Shown here one piece after another: positions 37,827 through 49,887 of a DNA stretch of 60,460 bases. The position numbers were made by a program, and so were the translations under genes. Under the pieces are notes generated by a model. The model saw only the letters and a list, made by a program, of their open reading frames with translations. It ran no database searches and was not told the origin of the DNA. This stretch comes from Tubiluchus corallicola (Eukaryota > Animalia > Priapulida). How positions within the stretch are numbered: position 1 is the first letter of the stretch; every line of letters begins with the position of its first letter. The DNA is taken from the NCBI GenBank assembly GCA_030141605.1, contig JAQGDQ010000786.1, positions 35,488 through 95,947 of the forward strand, read 5' to 3'.

Positions 37827-38171
37827 GTAACGATGGATGGAAGAATGTCGTACCTCAACGCTGTTTGCATGGCCTGTCTAGAGGGCGCTAGGATGATCCG
37901 ATGTCGCGGATGCCGACACGTCTGGAACGGAAGCCACCTGGTCCTAGGAACCATGTACAGCTATGACATCTTTGCTGCCATGCCTTGCTGCCAGGACCGC
38001 TTGAAGTGTAACCACTGCATCAAACCCATAGTCAGTGTGGACAATCCTTTACTTTTCTTCTCGGAGTATAGCCGCTGCGTGGCGTGTCCACACTGCAAGG
38101 TTCTTGACTATCATTTCGTCAAGCCGCTGGATACGTACGTCATGCGCGAGCAGAACATGGGTTTGTTTTAA
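37827..38171 (+). CDS. HECA: Headcase exon 4 (terminal; total 435 aa)
   Basis: TGTTACAG acceptor. Encodes YLNAVCMACLEG...LVLGTMYSYDIFAAMPCCQDRLKCNHC...CPHCKVLDYHFVKP, then TAA. Confidence 0.95.
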   Translation, partial: VTMDGRMSYLNAVCMACLEGARMIRCRGCRHVWNGSHLVLGTMYSYDIFAAMPCCQDRLKCNHCIKPIVSVDNPLLFFSEYSRCVACPHCKVLDYHFVKPLDTYVMREQNMGLF

Positions 38172-38395
38172 TCATGGTTTCCGTTTATGATATCCTAGGA
38201 AAGTTTCAAACCGGGTTTTTGTAATCATACAGGAAGCCATCTTTCATTTGGCTGTGACGCAAGCGGGTTTTTGGGAGAGTCAATTCTGTTTCCTCACAGT
38301 TTGCACAATTTGTTTGATGTAAATTATCGTGATGAGTGATACGTTAGTGATTGCAGTGTTTCGTGTGCTTTCAGAGGAGAAGAAGATGGTTTCAG

Positions 38396-39850
38396 ACTGT
38401 GTGGCATGTGCGTTGCATACAGTTAAACTGTGTGGCATGTGTGTTGCATACAGTTAAACATTGTGGCATGTGTATTGCATACAGTTAAACTGTGCGGCAT
38501 GTGCGTTACATACAGTTGAACTGTGTGGCATGTGCGTTGCATACAGTTAAACTGTGTGGCATGTGCATTGCGTACAGTTAAACTGTGTGGCATGTGCATT
38601 GCGTACAGTTAAACTGTATGGCATGTGCATTGCGTACAGTTAAACTGTGCGACATGTGCATTGCATACAGTTAAACTGTATGGCATGTGCGTTGCGTACA
38701 GTTAAACTGTGCGACATGTGCATTGCATACAGTTAAACTGTGTGGCATGTGTGTTGCATACAGTTAAACATTGTGGCATGTGTATTGCATACAGTTAAAC
38801 TGTATGGCATGTGCGTTGCGTACAGTTAAACTGTGTGGCATGTGCGTTGCATACAGTTAAACTGTGCGGCATGTGCGTTGCGTACAGTTAAACTGTGTGG
38901 CATGTGCATTGCGTACAGTTAAACTGTATGGCATGTGCGTTGCGTACAGTTAAACTGTGCGACATGTGCATTGCGTACAGTTAAACTGTGTGGCATGTGC
39001 GTTGCATACAGTTAAACTGTATGGCATGTGCGTTGCATACAGTTAAACTGTATGGCATGTGCGTTGCATACAGTTAAACTGTGTGGCATGTGCGTTGCAT
39101 ACAGTTAAACTGTGCGGCGTGTGCGTTGCATACAGTTAAACTGTGTGGCATGTGCGTTGCATACAGTTAAACTGTGTGGCGTGTGCGTTGCATACAGTTA
39201 AACTGTGTGGCATGTGCGTTGCATACAGTTAAACTGTGCGGCGTGTGCGTTGCATACAGTTACTCTGTGCGGCGTGTGCGTTGCATACACTTGAGCTGTA
39301 TGGCATGTGCGTTGCATACAGTTACTCTGTGCGGCGTGTGCGTTGCATACAGTTAAACTGTGTGGCATGTGCGTTGCATACACTTGAGCTGTATGGCATG
39401 TGCGTTGCATACAGTTACTCTGTGCGGCGTGTGCGTTGCATACAGTTAAACTGTGTGGCATGTGCGTTGCATACAGTTAAACTGTGCGGCGTGTGCGTTG
39501 CATACAGTTAAACTGTGTGGCATGTGCATTGCATACACTTGAGCTGTATGGCATGTGCGTTGCATACAGTTACTCTGTGCGGCGTGTGCGTTGCATACAG
39601 TTAAACTGTGTGGCATGTGCGTTGCATACACTTGAGCTGTATGGCATGTGCGTTGCATACAGTTACTCTGTGCGGCGTGTGCGTTGCATACAGTTAAACT
39701 GTGTGGCATGTGCGTTGCATACACTTAAGCTGTATGGCATGTGCGTTGCATACAGTTACTCTGTGCGGCGTGTGCGTTGCATACAGTCAAACTGTGTGGA
39801 ATGTGTGTTGCATACAGTTAAACTGTGTGGCATGTGCGTTGCATACAGTT
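38396..39850. repeat. 31-bp minisatellite, about 47 copies, 225 bp downstream of the headcase stop
   Basis: Unit CTGTGTGGCATGTGCGTTGCATACAGTTAAA, with a 93-bp higher-order pattern in the distal part. Confidence 0.98.
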
Positions 39851-40329
39851 AGCTAATCATTATAGACTTAACTAGCTAAATTTTCTGATTGTATGTAAAA
39901 TCGTTATTACGTAGGTATATAGCTAAGATATCTAATTTTGTATTCAGTGATGTTGGGTGTCGAAACTTGAAGGTTTCTCCTAGTAACACTCTCTTCCATT
40001 CACGTCTATTGTGTAACATGCGTCTAATGCCTGGTGTGCTTTTTTGAAATGGCTCTTGGCTTTGTGCCACATCTATGTGAATAGGATTTTTGAATTGTGT
40101 GATGAGGTATTTGTGTGTTAATGTATGCGCAAGCCGCACATGGCTATAGCTGCTGTGGTTATGTAAGTGTGCATTCATTTTAACGCTTTAGGTCTCCCCT
40201 TAATCAACGTTACATGAGCGAATTAAAAATATTTAGAACTTTCATTATTTCTCAACTTAAACATTTAAATGTACAGGACAGGTAATGGTATCTAGGTATG
40301 GGGAAAAGTATTATTAATTAACTATGAAA

Positions 40330-40700
40330 TCGCCATAAAATGTGAATCATGCTTAATATTGGAAATTTTGAAATGCGAGCAAGTAATGATACCTTTGTGT
40401 AAGGCAAGTCCAGAAGTAACAATATCTGTGCACTTACCTAGAAGTCATCATAAAATGTGAACCATGCTTAATATTTGAAATTTTAAAATACGAGCAAGCA
40501 ATGGCACCTTTGTATAAGGAAAGTCCAGAAGTAACAGTATCCGTGCACTTACCTAGGAAGTCATCATAAGGTGTGAACCATGCTTAATATTTGAAGTTTT
40601 AAAATGCAGGACAAAAAAGTGGCATGTTTGCGTAAAGAAACTCCAAAAACCTAGGAATTTACTATAAATACCATAAAGTGTGAACCATGCTTAACATTAT
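40330..40700. repeat. Diverged tandem repeat of about 114 bp, x3.5
   Basis: CATAAAATGTGAACCATGCTTAATATT recurs at about 40335, 40449, 40564 and 40672. Confidence 0.88.
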
Positions 40701-43700
40701 ACCTGTGAGTTTTTTAAACCCTTGTAAACATGTGCTTGTTCTACATGTTCTCTGTCGCGTACCTACTTATTAATTTTCTGCTGTATAAAACAGTCTTGAA
40801 TAAATAATGTTTCACTCTGCTATTACTGGAGAACTACATAATTTAATCATTATTGTATGTAAGCTGTGGACGTCAAAGCCTGTTTTTGTAAGGTGTTAAC
40901 CAGCCTGCGCGTGATAGATTCATTTGCTTGTCCATAATTGCAGCGAAAAGGTGATAAGTTGGTATGCAAGTGCAAAAACTTAAGTTCGTATGCAGCACCG
41001 GCAGTACGTGGCAACAAAAATGTTGGCACTCGTCCAAGTTTTGCTGGTGGGCAGAGATAAGCAAGTAAGTCGGTAAACCTTCAAGGCTGGGCGAACTATA
41101 AAAAGCGAATCTAAATAATTGTAAATTCAGCAGCTGCTGCAGCTGGACGCAGAGTTAGTAAACATGTCGCAGGAATTGAGGGACCGGCCCCACGATGGGG
41201 GGGGGGGGGGTTCTCACCCGGTAATCCCCAGAAAGGGTTATGTTGGGCGAAATTTCACATCTCTTCCTCAACCGTTAGAAATTAACATTTCGTGCTGTCT
41301 GCCCACGCAAGCAACGTCACGTGAGCCGGCTTCAACAACCCAGTTTCTACGGGTGCCGGTTGCTATGGAAACGCATGCGGGTTTGTCGTATTGATCGGTG
41401 CAGCTGAAGAGCGTTATTGATCGCGTGCGTTCACTTTCACTGTTAAGTGAGGAAGCCTGGAAAGCAGCGTGTTTGGGATGAAAATAATCACGAATATTGC
41501 AACCCAGATACCCAGTTTAAAACGGTTTAAATATTTGGACGGCTAATCTTGCTAATCTGATGTAAATTGTTGGCTTGCGCGTGGAGGAAAAGAAATGTGT
41601 CTTGAGCTAGGTTTTTCTAGAAATAGATGAAAAACCGTGGGTGGTTTCTCTGCTCGGAAAAATATTGCTGACGATTTGAAATAGAATTTCTGCGCATCGA
41701 CAAAAACTAAGAATATAACTTGATTTGACAAAACGCCTTGTGAAAGAATCGAAAAGCGTTACCGTAGCTGTATTCCTTCAAGACTAATCTGTCACTTCTA
41801 AAATGTACATGAATGCATTCCACGAAAGTGCACATGGTTACTTCTCTGGGCTGAATTCTCGGTCATAAAACCGAATTTTCCATTCTGAAATCGATACGAT
41901 GACCCAGCAAAATACGAGTACGGCTTGTAATGTGACTGTAAGCCTTGGGCGCGCTTTGACAAATTGCTGTAAATTTGCGCAACCTTGCACTTGCCAACTT
42001 CAGTCACTTGGTGGCGTACGTGCAGCCGGACACGTGCAGCCTTGTTTACCGAGTGCCTGGTTCTTTAGTCATACCATGCTAAACTGGGACTGTTTATGTA
42101 ACTGATTATGCAAATTTGCACATAAGTCCCAGGTGACTAGCAGCAGAAAGCCTTGAATGAAGATTTGTTAATGAGTAATTATCATTAATTTTGACGGTTC
42201 GACTTCCGCTGTACAGCATGTGATTCCAAGAGGAGTGGCGACGCGTTAATTAGATGTTCTATTTTTTGGCAATTTTCGCTTGGAAAACTGCTGACGCAAA
42301 GCCATTGTTCTGACGTCATCCATTATACTCTCCCTATAACCTTATAACTTTAATTCAGTAAAAGCTGTTGCTGCTGACTTTGCATTAGAAAATAAACGAA
42401 CACTGGGTAGAATGTTCGCGCATTGTTGATTATAAGTGTATTTATACGCAAAATTTTTTGCAGGGCCTTTGATAGTTATTAATTTGACGGTTCGACTTCC
42501 TCTGTACATTATGTGATTCGATCTGAAGCAATGAATGCTCTTGTATGCTGAGCAACAGTGATTTAGGGCACAAGTAAAATTGTGGGAATGTATAAAAGTT
42601 TATAGCCAAGTGTGGCGCACGTTTTGTTTTAATGAGGTTAATGTGAGTGATTTTTCGTTTAAGCAACTCATGCATTTAACTTGTAATTATGCTGCAGTGT
42701 ATAATATATTATATAATTATATAAAATTATACTTTGAAACATGTGCGTTATGAAACATCTTTTAAAAACAGACTAACTTAACACAGTTGCCCATGTTAAG
42801 GAGCGTTCACATATTTTTTGCTGCATTGGTGGTAAAGATGTTGATAATAATTTCTGTGGGGCCGTTCATAACGCACATAGGGCGACTATCCTAATCTTGA
42901 ATCTTGAAATCTTACTTGTGTTTCTTCATACGATATGCAAACATGATATTTGCCAAAATCTGTGGTGTGCCAGTAGTGTGCTCTGCACTGGATGAATTGA
43001 ACTGCCGATTTACTCGTTGCTCATGTTGTGTGAACGCACCTTTAGAATCGTGTGCATACCTTTGAACTGCCATTTTCATTGTTGCAGTCACTTATCCAGT
43101 TTCTTGTAACTAGATTCTTTCTTTGTGTATTTGCTTTTATCACCTTTAATTTGATTGTTGCTTTTACATAAACGTGACGTAATTATTCTAATCATCATCT
43201 ATTAAGCTATCTTCATTTATAATTACGTGAAACTGCTGCTCGATTCTTGAGGTGTACAGGATTAGTATGTCCTTGTGCATATATACGCCAATAAAGCTTT
43301 AGTTTGATTTTTATATATATAGTTACGTGACATTAGAAGTTTTTGATGTATAGGATTTAGGTGACATTATATAGGTACATCAGTTAGTCACTAGACATTG
43401 TTGTCTGATAATTGTATTTTAGGTTTATTAGCTATTGTAAAATGTAGGCACGCTTGTAGGCTTTGTAGGCCTGTTCAGGCCGTTTTAGTATAGTAGTTGG
43501 TATGTAAGAAACTCTCGTGAATTGTAAATTAGTTAAGCGTCAAGCGATGCTGCAAGCGAAATGGATGGTCCTTTTTTTATAACGTGACGTCAAGATGACG
43601 TGAATTAAGTGATACGGGTGCCAGTGATCAATGTTTGGCACTTTATTCATTGTGTGTAAAAAATTCGGCAGTACGTGCATGAGGTGTGTGACTCGGGAAG

Positions 43701-43772
43701 TAACTGTATTGGTGATCCATTATTGTATAGATTATTAATTAATATTATTGTGTAAGACATTCGTCTCTTAAC

Positions 43773-43829
43773 CAGTGGCGTAGCATGGGTTTTGTCCGCA
43801 CTAACCGCACGCTCTATGCTACACCACTG
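43773..43829. mobile_element. 57-bp minimal hAT-type element
   Basis: TIRs CAGTGGCGTAGCAT / ATGCTACACCACTG with an 8-bp TSD CTCTTAAC / CTCTTAAT. Confidence 0.82.
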
Positions 43830-46427
43830 CTCTTAATATTATCTTTTAGGTGCATCTTTGGATGAACCAGCCCGGTGAACAGATAATAATTATTCTCGCG
43901 TATATTTTTTCAAGTATATTTATAGTAAATTATTTATATGTGTATTGTCAGTATCAAGTTGTTACCGTGCGTGTATATGTAGCTTCCTGCCTGCTCTTGT
44001 ATCAAACTTCTGCAAAGCAGATTATTAAAATATCTACAGTATCGTAAATTGGAAAATTGGCAAAGTTTGTAAAGTATTAGTTGACACCCGTCGGCCATTG
44101 TGTTCTTTGTTGTGTTAAAATGAGTGTATATGTTTCTACACACAGGGCCCTGCAAATACATTTTGTTTTTGCTACAAACTTTTTCATTAAAAATGCTTGA
44201 TTAATTAACTCTGATGTGATATTTCAACTGTTTGTTTTTTATAGTGATAATAAAGATCGTTGCACAAAAACACCGCTAAAGTACCGTATCAATAATTCAG
44301 CTTAAAATATCCCTGGTCTTGTTGTGTAGAGATCTCCTGGTTTATCATATGCTAGACTTAATCTTCTTACCAAACCACATATTAAATCGTTTAGATTCAT
44401 GATTTAGTTTTAATGTCAGGTTAAAAGTTGGCATCCCTCGGGGTTCACTCCTGAGCCCACTGTTCTTTGTTGTCCACTTTTCATTGCTAAGGCAATCAGC
44501 CGTATCTGGCTTGCAAGTTGAATAAGTCGGTAATATGAGTTCTGATATAAAGTGACATAAAATTGTTCATCTCGGGTATTATGAGATTCTGTTATGATGC
44601 TACTATTGCTGCCTTGGGCTGTGTTCAAAATCCTGCACCTAATGATAATTGATGCAAATTGTCGCCATAGCAACTAGCAATATTATTTTTTGCAGCCTTA
44701 AGCTTAAATGTATCAAAATTCAAACTGTTTCTTACTTCCTGGGTCGTTTTTTTTCACAAATTCTAACTACAAGCTCATTAATGCTTTTATATGTTGTGGC
44801 GACCAACAGGGTTAACTCCTGAGACCATTGTTCTTTTTTGTCTAAATCACAAACAGCATTGTTTCAGGCGTTAGGTAAAATATGATTTCAATGGCATCTT
44901 TTTAATGGCTTTAGTCGTTACTTTGCAAATGTATAAATCATGCGATTAGATCGATTTAATTTTTAAATTTTTCATTCCCATATACGGTAAATAAATAACG
45001 TCTGCTTCACATAATTTTTCACTTTTCAGTCAGCACTGTGAGAAGCTTTTGTGGTATTATTACTGTAACTGCAAGACTTGACAAGTTTATAAAATACTAG
45101 CAAAAATTGTACATGTTATGTTTAAAGACGTGCTGGAAGACTTTTGTGTTTGTTTTGTAAAAACACAGTACCTTGAGCTTTAATTTTAGGCAGCCGAATG
45201 ATTATTTGATTTATTAATATTTTGTTGGCAATTAGTTCAAATTCGTTTGATTTGGATGCGCAAAAACTATAATTAAGAGTGAAAATGATTTGATGGTTTT
45301 ATTTTTATATGAAAAAGTTATGATTCAGTGGCACGTCTACCGGGTTAAACGTCTGTATATTACTTGTTATTTTGACCTGTAGAGGGCACTAGCCAAGTTG
45401 GGTTTACTTGCTAAGAATGTGTATGAAGTGTATAAAAATGGTTCATTTCTTGTATTAAGACTTGTAATAACTGTGCTGTACAGAATGATAAAAATGTATG
45501 CAGGTACTGTTTGAAATGTAAATGATTTTTGTATAACACCACTGTTTGGTATCCTGCAAGATTTTGTGTGAAACTTTTTTTGACGTATAGATGGCAGTCG
45601 TGGCATTCAGAAATTGCGGGTATTGCCGATCCGTATAAAGCTGGATGAAGTTAGAAATTTCATTTTCGTTTCTTTGTACATGCGTAAAAAACCAGTTGCC
45701 TACTTGCATATTGTATCAATCATTCGTTAAGTCAGTTTTTAAAACAGTGTTTTGTGTATTGTATTAAAAACTGACTTTAAATAAAGATGGATATGAAAGA
45801 TGGATTTTTCATACATTCATGAAAAATTTCAATATTCTCTGTACAGGGAGTCGAAATTGAAGTTTTGTCCACATCTATGTTTATATGTATGATTGTTCTA
45901 CAGTTACGCTACAGGTATCTACTTTTTGCCTTGACTATTTATATCGGTCACCATGGCAACCGATAGAACGTCTACTGTAGCGTGACTCTAGGTACCGCGC
46001 ACTTGTTTACAGATAAAAAATTGGAATGTAAGCTGGTATTTTTGTATGTTAGGGCTGGATCCCGTAGGAAAATTTCCAATGGCCTATTGATAAACTTCCT
46101 AAGTACATGTATGAACGGTGCATATGTATGTATGATGGCAATTATTGTACTTCTTAACCAGTGGGTTTATTATTATTTACAGCTGTACACGCTATCATCA
46201 TTAAACTACTTGTAATACAGTTAACTGCGTTACTGTATTTTACTTTATTTTGTTTTACGACGTTTCCTTGCAAAAAAACGAAAAAAAATTATGCTAAAAG
46301 TTTCAAAAAGCAGCAACAAACTATAAAGACTAAACTAATGTGATCCGATTCGTATTTTTTTTTGATTTGGAATAAACTAGATAATTTTTATTTCGAAATG
46401 AAATCATATTACATACAATAGGATCTA

Positions 46428-46921
46428 CAGGGTGTTCCAAAAGAAACGATGCAGTAGTAATATGCCGATCAGATGAAAGTGATTAACAGAAGTGGTGCTG
46501 ACAAGCCACTGGCTTAGCAGTGTCTCGTTTTTTTTTGCTGGATTACTGCTGCGTTTACCTGTCTAAAGGCAGATTTCTTTTATTTTAGAATTCTGCCTGC
46601 CCAATGTCTAGAATAGATGTGATGGGCATATTATTATTATGATTTTTCACCCCCGTTCCTCCCGGTGGGCCCGATTCGAAAAATAAACCATCAATGGCAC
46701 GACACTAGATCGAGACCTTTCGTTTGATATATAGATCGCCGCAAATGGTGCCCTCGTCCGGGCTGTAGCCTCGAATCTTATATATATATATACCAAGAAT
46801 ATTAATATAAGAGTATAGATGATGATGATGATCACAATTTTTGGACTTCATATGATGTGTTACTTGCATCGTATATAATACGGCACTTGTTAACTCACTG
46901 TGTTTCTTTTGGAAAGCCCTG
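46428..46921. mobile_element. Tc1/mariner-like MITE with TA TSD
   Basis: TA-CAGGGTGTTCCAAAAGAAAC ... GTTTCTTTTGGAAAGCCCTG-TA. Confidence 0.8.
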
Positions 46922-47929
46922 TACCTTGGTAGTTTCTATTCTAAGAATAAACGTGACAGTAGTTAAACTAACAAATTTCAATGTTTGGGTGAATACGTAG
47001 CGTTGCCTGTAGACGGGCCAGTTCCAAGAACTGGACAACATCTGCCTTCTGGGATAACAAAGGTTCCCGTTATTTACACAAGCACAACAGCCTTAATGGA
47101 AAATTAGTGTTGTACACAACTGAATGTTCTTCATTTCACAAAACGTAGACGAGTTTAAACTAGCGAAATTCCACGTTTCAGCTGCTTGGGGTATAATTTT
47201 CGAGCTCTTCGCTTCTAAGTATAAAACTATTTACATAAATCTGTTGAAACTACAAAAATTTAGCTAATCGTAAGTCTTAAGCATCGAAGAAAAATTTAAC
47301 AACGTACTATAATTAACAATAGCATGCACAAGGTGTATATGCTCCTACGTGTATTTAACATTCACAGCGGAAATCAGTAAAATTTCTGGGTCTGTCGAAG
47401 CTTTTGACGGTTAAGGTCAGTACTAAAAACCTAATGAATAAAATGATTACGATAAATTGACATAAAAACACGTAGGTTTCAACGTGTACAGCAATTCCCA
47501 ATAGAAATATTTTCACTTGCCGGTTATTCCTACACGTAATCACTTTGAACCTGCCCGATAACTCTGGTTGTCTCTTTGTACTTGAGCCGCAGAAAGACAA
47601 CAAAGTTCGCTAAAATAAACCAACACTCCCCTCTTTATTCACAGTGCGAAAATGCCAAGTTAATTTATTCTACTGAAGTTACTCGTTGTGTAGTGAGTCT
47701 AACCCAATTTCCTTTTTCCTGACAGTTACTAGTGATCTCCTGACTATCATCATTAAAAAACAAAGCTTTTGATTCACACACGTTAAGAGGCTCTTTTAAC
47801 ACATCGTGTGAGCACCAAGTTTGGTACACAGTGAAGAATTTGGGTACCCTGTGATGCCTAAATCTGACCACTGGGTATCAAGATACATTTTTTCAATGAA
47901 AAATGATTTTTTTCCCTTTCATTGGTATG

Positions 47930-48510
47930 TATACCTGGTGATCCTTACCTAGCTCTGCGGAAACACAATGAGTTTATGTTTGCTCCAGTGCTGAAAAACT
48001 ATAGGTTCTTAGTGATCCTGGGCCTATCCCTGGCCCTGTAGGAAACGCAATGAGTTTATGTTCGCTCCAGTGTTGAAGAGGTGTAGGTTCCTAGTGATAC
48101 TGGGCCTATCCCTGGCCCTGTAGGAAACGCAATGAGTTTATGTTCGCTCCAGTGTTGAAGAGGTGTAGGTTCCTAGTGATCCTGGGCCTATCCCTGGTCC
48201 TGTAGGAAACGCAATGAGTTTATGTTCGCTCCAGTGCTGAAGAGTTGTAGGTTCCTAGTGATCCTGGGCCTATCCCTGGCCCTGTAGGAAACCCAATGAG
48301 TTTATGTTCGCTCCAGTGTTGAAGAGGTGTAGGTTCCTAGTGATCCTGGCCCTGGCCCTGGCCCTGTAAGAAACGCAATGAGTTTATGTTCGCTTCAGTG
48401 TTGAAGAGTTATAGGTTCCTAGTGATATTGGCCCTGGCCCTGTAGGAAACACAATGAGTTCATTTTCGCTCAAGTGTTCAAGAACTGTAGCTGTAGCTTC
48501 TTAGTGATCG
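47930..48510. repeat. 82-bp tandem repeat, about 7 copies
   Basis: GGAAAC(G/A/C)CAATGAGTTTATG recurs at 47959, 48041, 48123, 48205, 48287, 48370 and about 48445. Confidence 0.95.
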
Positions 48511-49342
48511 CTTGTCTGACGTCTGGTGTGATGATTTTTCGATGTTTTATGCTATCATATCGCAGGTTTAATGTGCCTTCCTTTATTGAAACGTTGCGCT
48601 CAGAATAAGTCATAAATTACCGTTTCTGAAGGAAAAACTGAAAATTTTCCCTGAACCTCTCCGCCAAACTGGAGGGAGAGAACCCCTCCAGACCCCCATT
48701 TAAATAGGCTTTGCATAGGTTGGATATCAGCAGTTTCTTTCCCCGGACATTAACTTTCCGGAACTCTCTACTAGTAACGTATTTTACTTCTTGCATGTAT
48801 CGGCTTAAAAACATCACGCTCGTCATCACTTCTCAAAATTCGTCTTAAACTGTTCACACCTTCCGGTGGAAAATTCCATTTAAAAAATTCCATAAAAATT
48901 AATCATATCTTGTTTTCTTATCCATTTTATGTAAGAAGTCACACTTTAACTTTTTTTAGCAAAATGAGGCAGTCAACTTTTAATTTATAAAAATTTCAAT
49001 TTATTAAAACCCATTCTCTTTGGTGGGCTTTTATGAGCTATGACACTTTTGTGACACTAGTATCTAACTAGGTATTTATATGCGCAATAAGCGTCTCTAA
49101 AATTAGGGTCAAAACACGAACCTCCTATTTCTGATTTGGTAATTAATTGACGAATTTCTTACAATAGCAATTATTTATACAACAGTGAAAATTCTTGGTA
49201 TCGTGGTGTCAGAATTAACATGCTAGTGGCGTCTATGTTTTGCTTGTGTGACTGCAGTGTGTATGTACGACCGACCATATGTTTACAACAAACTCAATAT
49301 TTGGACAGCGAGACGGCTGGCTGTCCACTGGTCACGCAGCAT

Positions 49343-49471
49343 GTTGTGGTTTCTCAGAAATGACCACTGCATGATGCAGCTAATCCTATAATAAGGCATT
49401 GTAGCACGTTGTGGTTTCTCAGAAATGACCACTGCATTGCGGATGTAGCTAATCCTATAATAAGGCATTGT
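49343..49471. repeat. Tandem duplication of about 65 bp
   Basis: GTTGTGGTTTCTCAGAAATGACCACTGCAT...GCTAATCCTATAATAAGGCATTGT occurs twice. Confidence 0.9.
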
Positions 49472-49870
49472 CTCGTTGTAAATAAGTTTAAGTGAATAAC
49501 TGCTTGGTTCTTATTTCCTTGACGTTTTTCACTAAAATCTGATCGCTTCGAACTGGTGGTACTGCGTCTTTGAATTCAAAAAGAAACAGAAATCTTATCA
49601 AACTATAAGATTAGCAAAATTTTCACGACAGTCCGCCATTTTCGATTTTGAAACGGCTCTGTAACGCTGAATACCGAGATTAAATTCACGTTGAACACAG
49701 AATGCCCCTTTGTTCCTGTGCCTGCCACCCCTAAATTGTACGATTGACACGGCAAACCCGGTAGACCGTTTTCTAGAGAAAAGGATGCAGCCGCGACCTG
49801 GCATGCTGCCAAACTGCATGGATAATTTGTTTACCATCTTGCCTCTAAGGTCTTACATTATGCAAGTAGG

Positions 49871-49887
49871 CAGCGCCATCTAGTAAC
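49871..49887 (-). promoter_or_regulatory. CTCF-like motif
   Basis: Reverse complement GTTACTAGATGGCGCTG. Confidence 0.55.

Noticed and set aside
37821-37832. CAG|GTAAC at the headcase exon 4 acceptor as a recursive splice site
   Set aside because: The intron is only about 1 kb and GTA is simply the Val codon needed by the protein.
38169-38200. Stop-codon readthrough of headcase as in Drosophila hdc
   Set aside because: The spliced ORF has no internal stop and ends where HECA homologues end. Readthrough of the TAA would add only 8 codons before a TAG.
39174-39852. Cys-rich repetitive ORFs
   Set aside because: These are frames through the 31-bp minisatellite. The unit length is not a multiple of 3 and stops are frequent.
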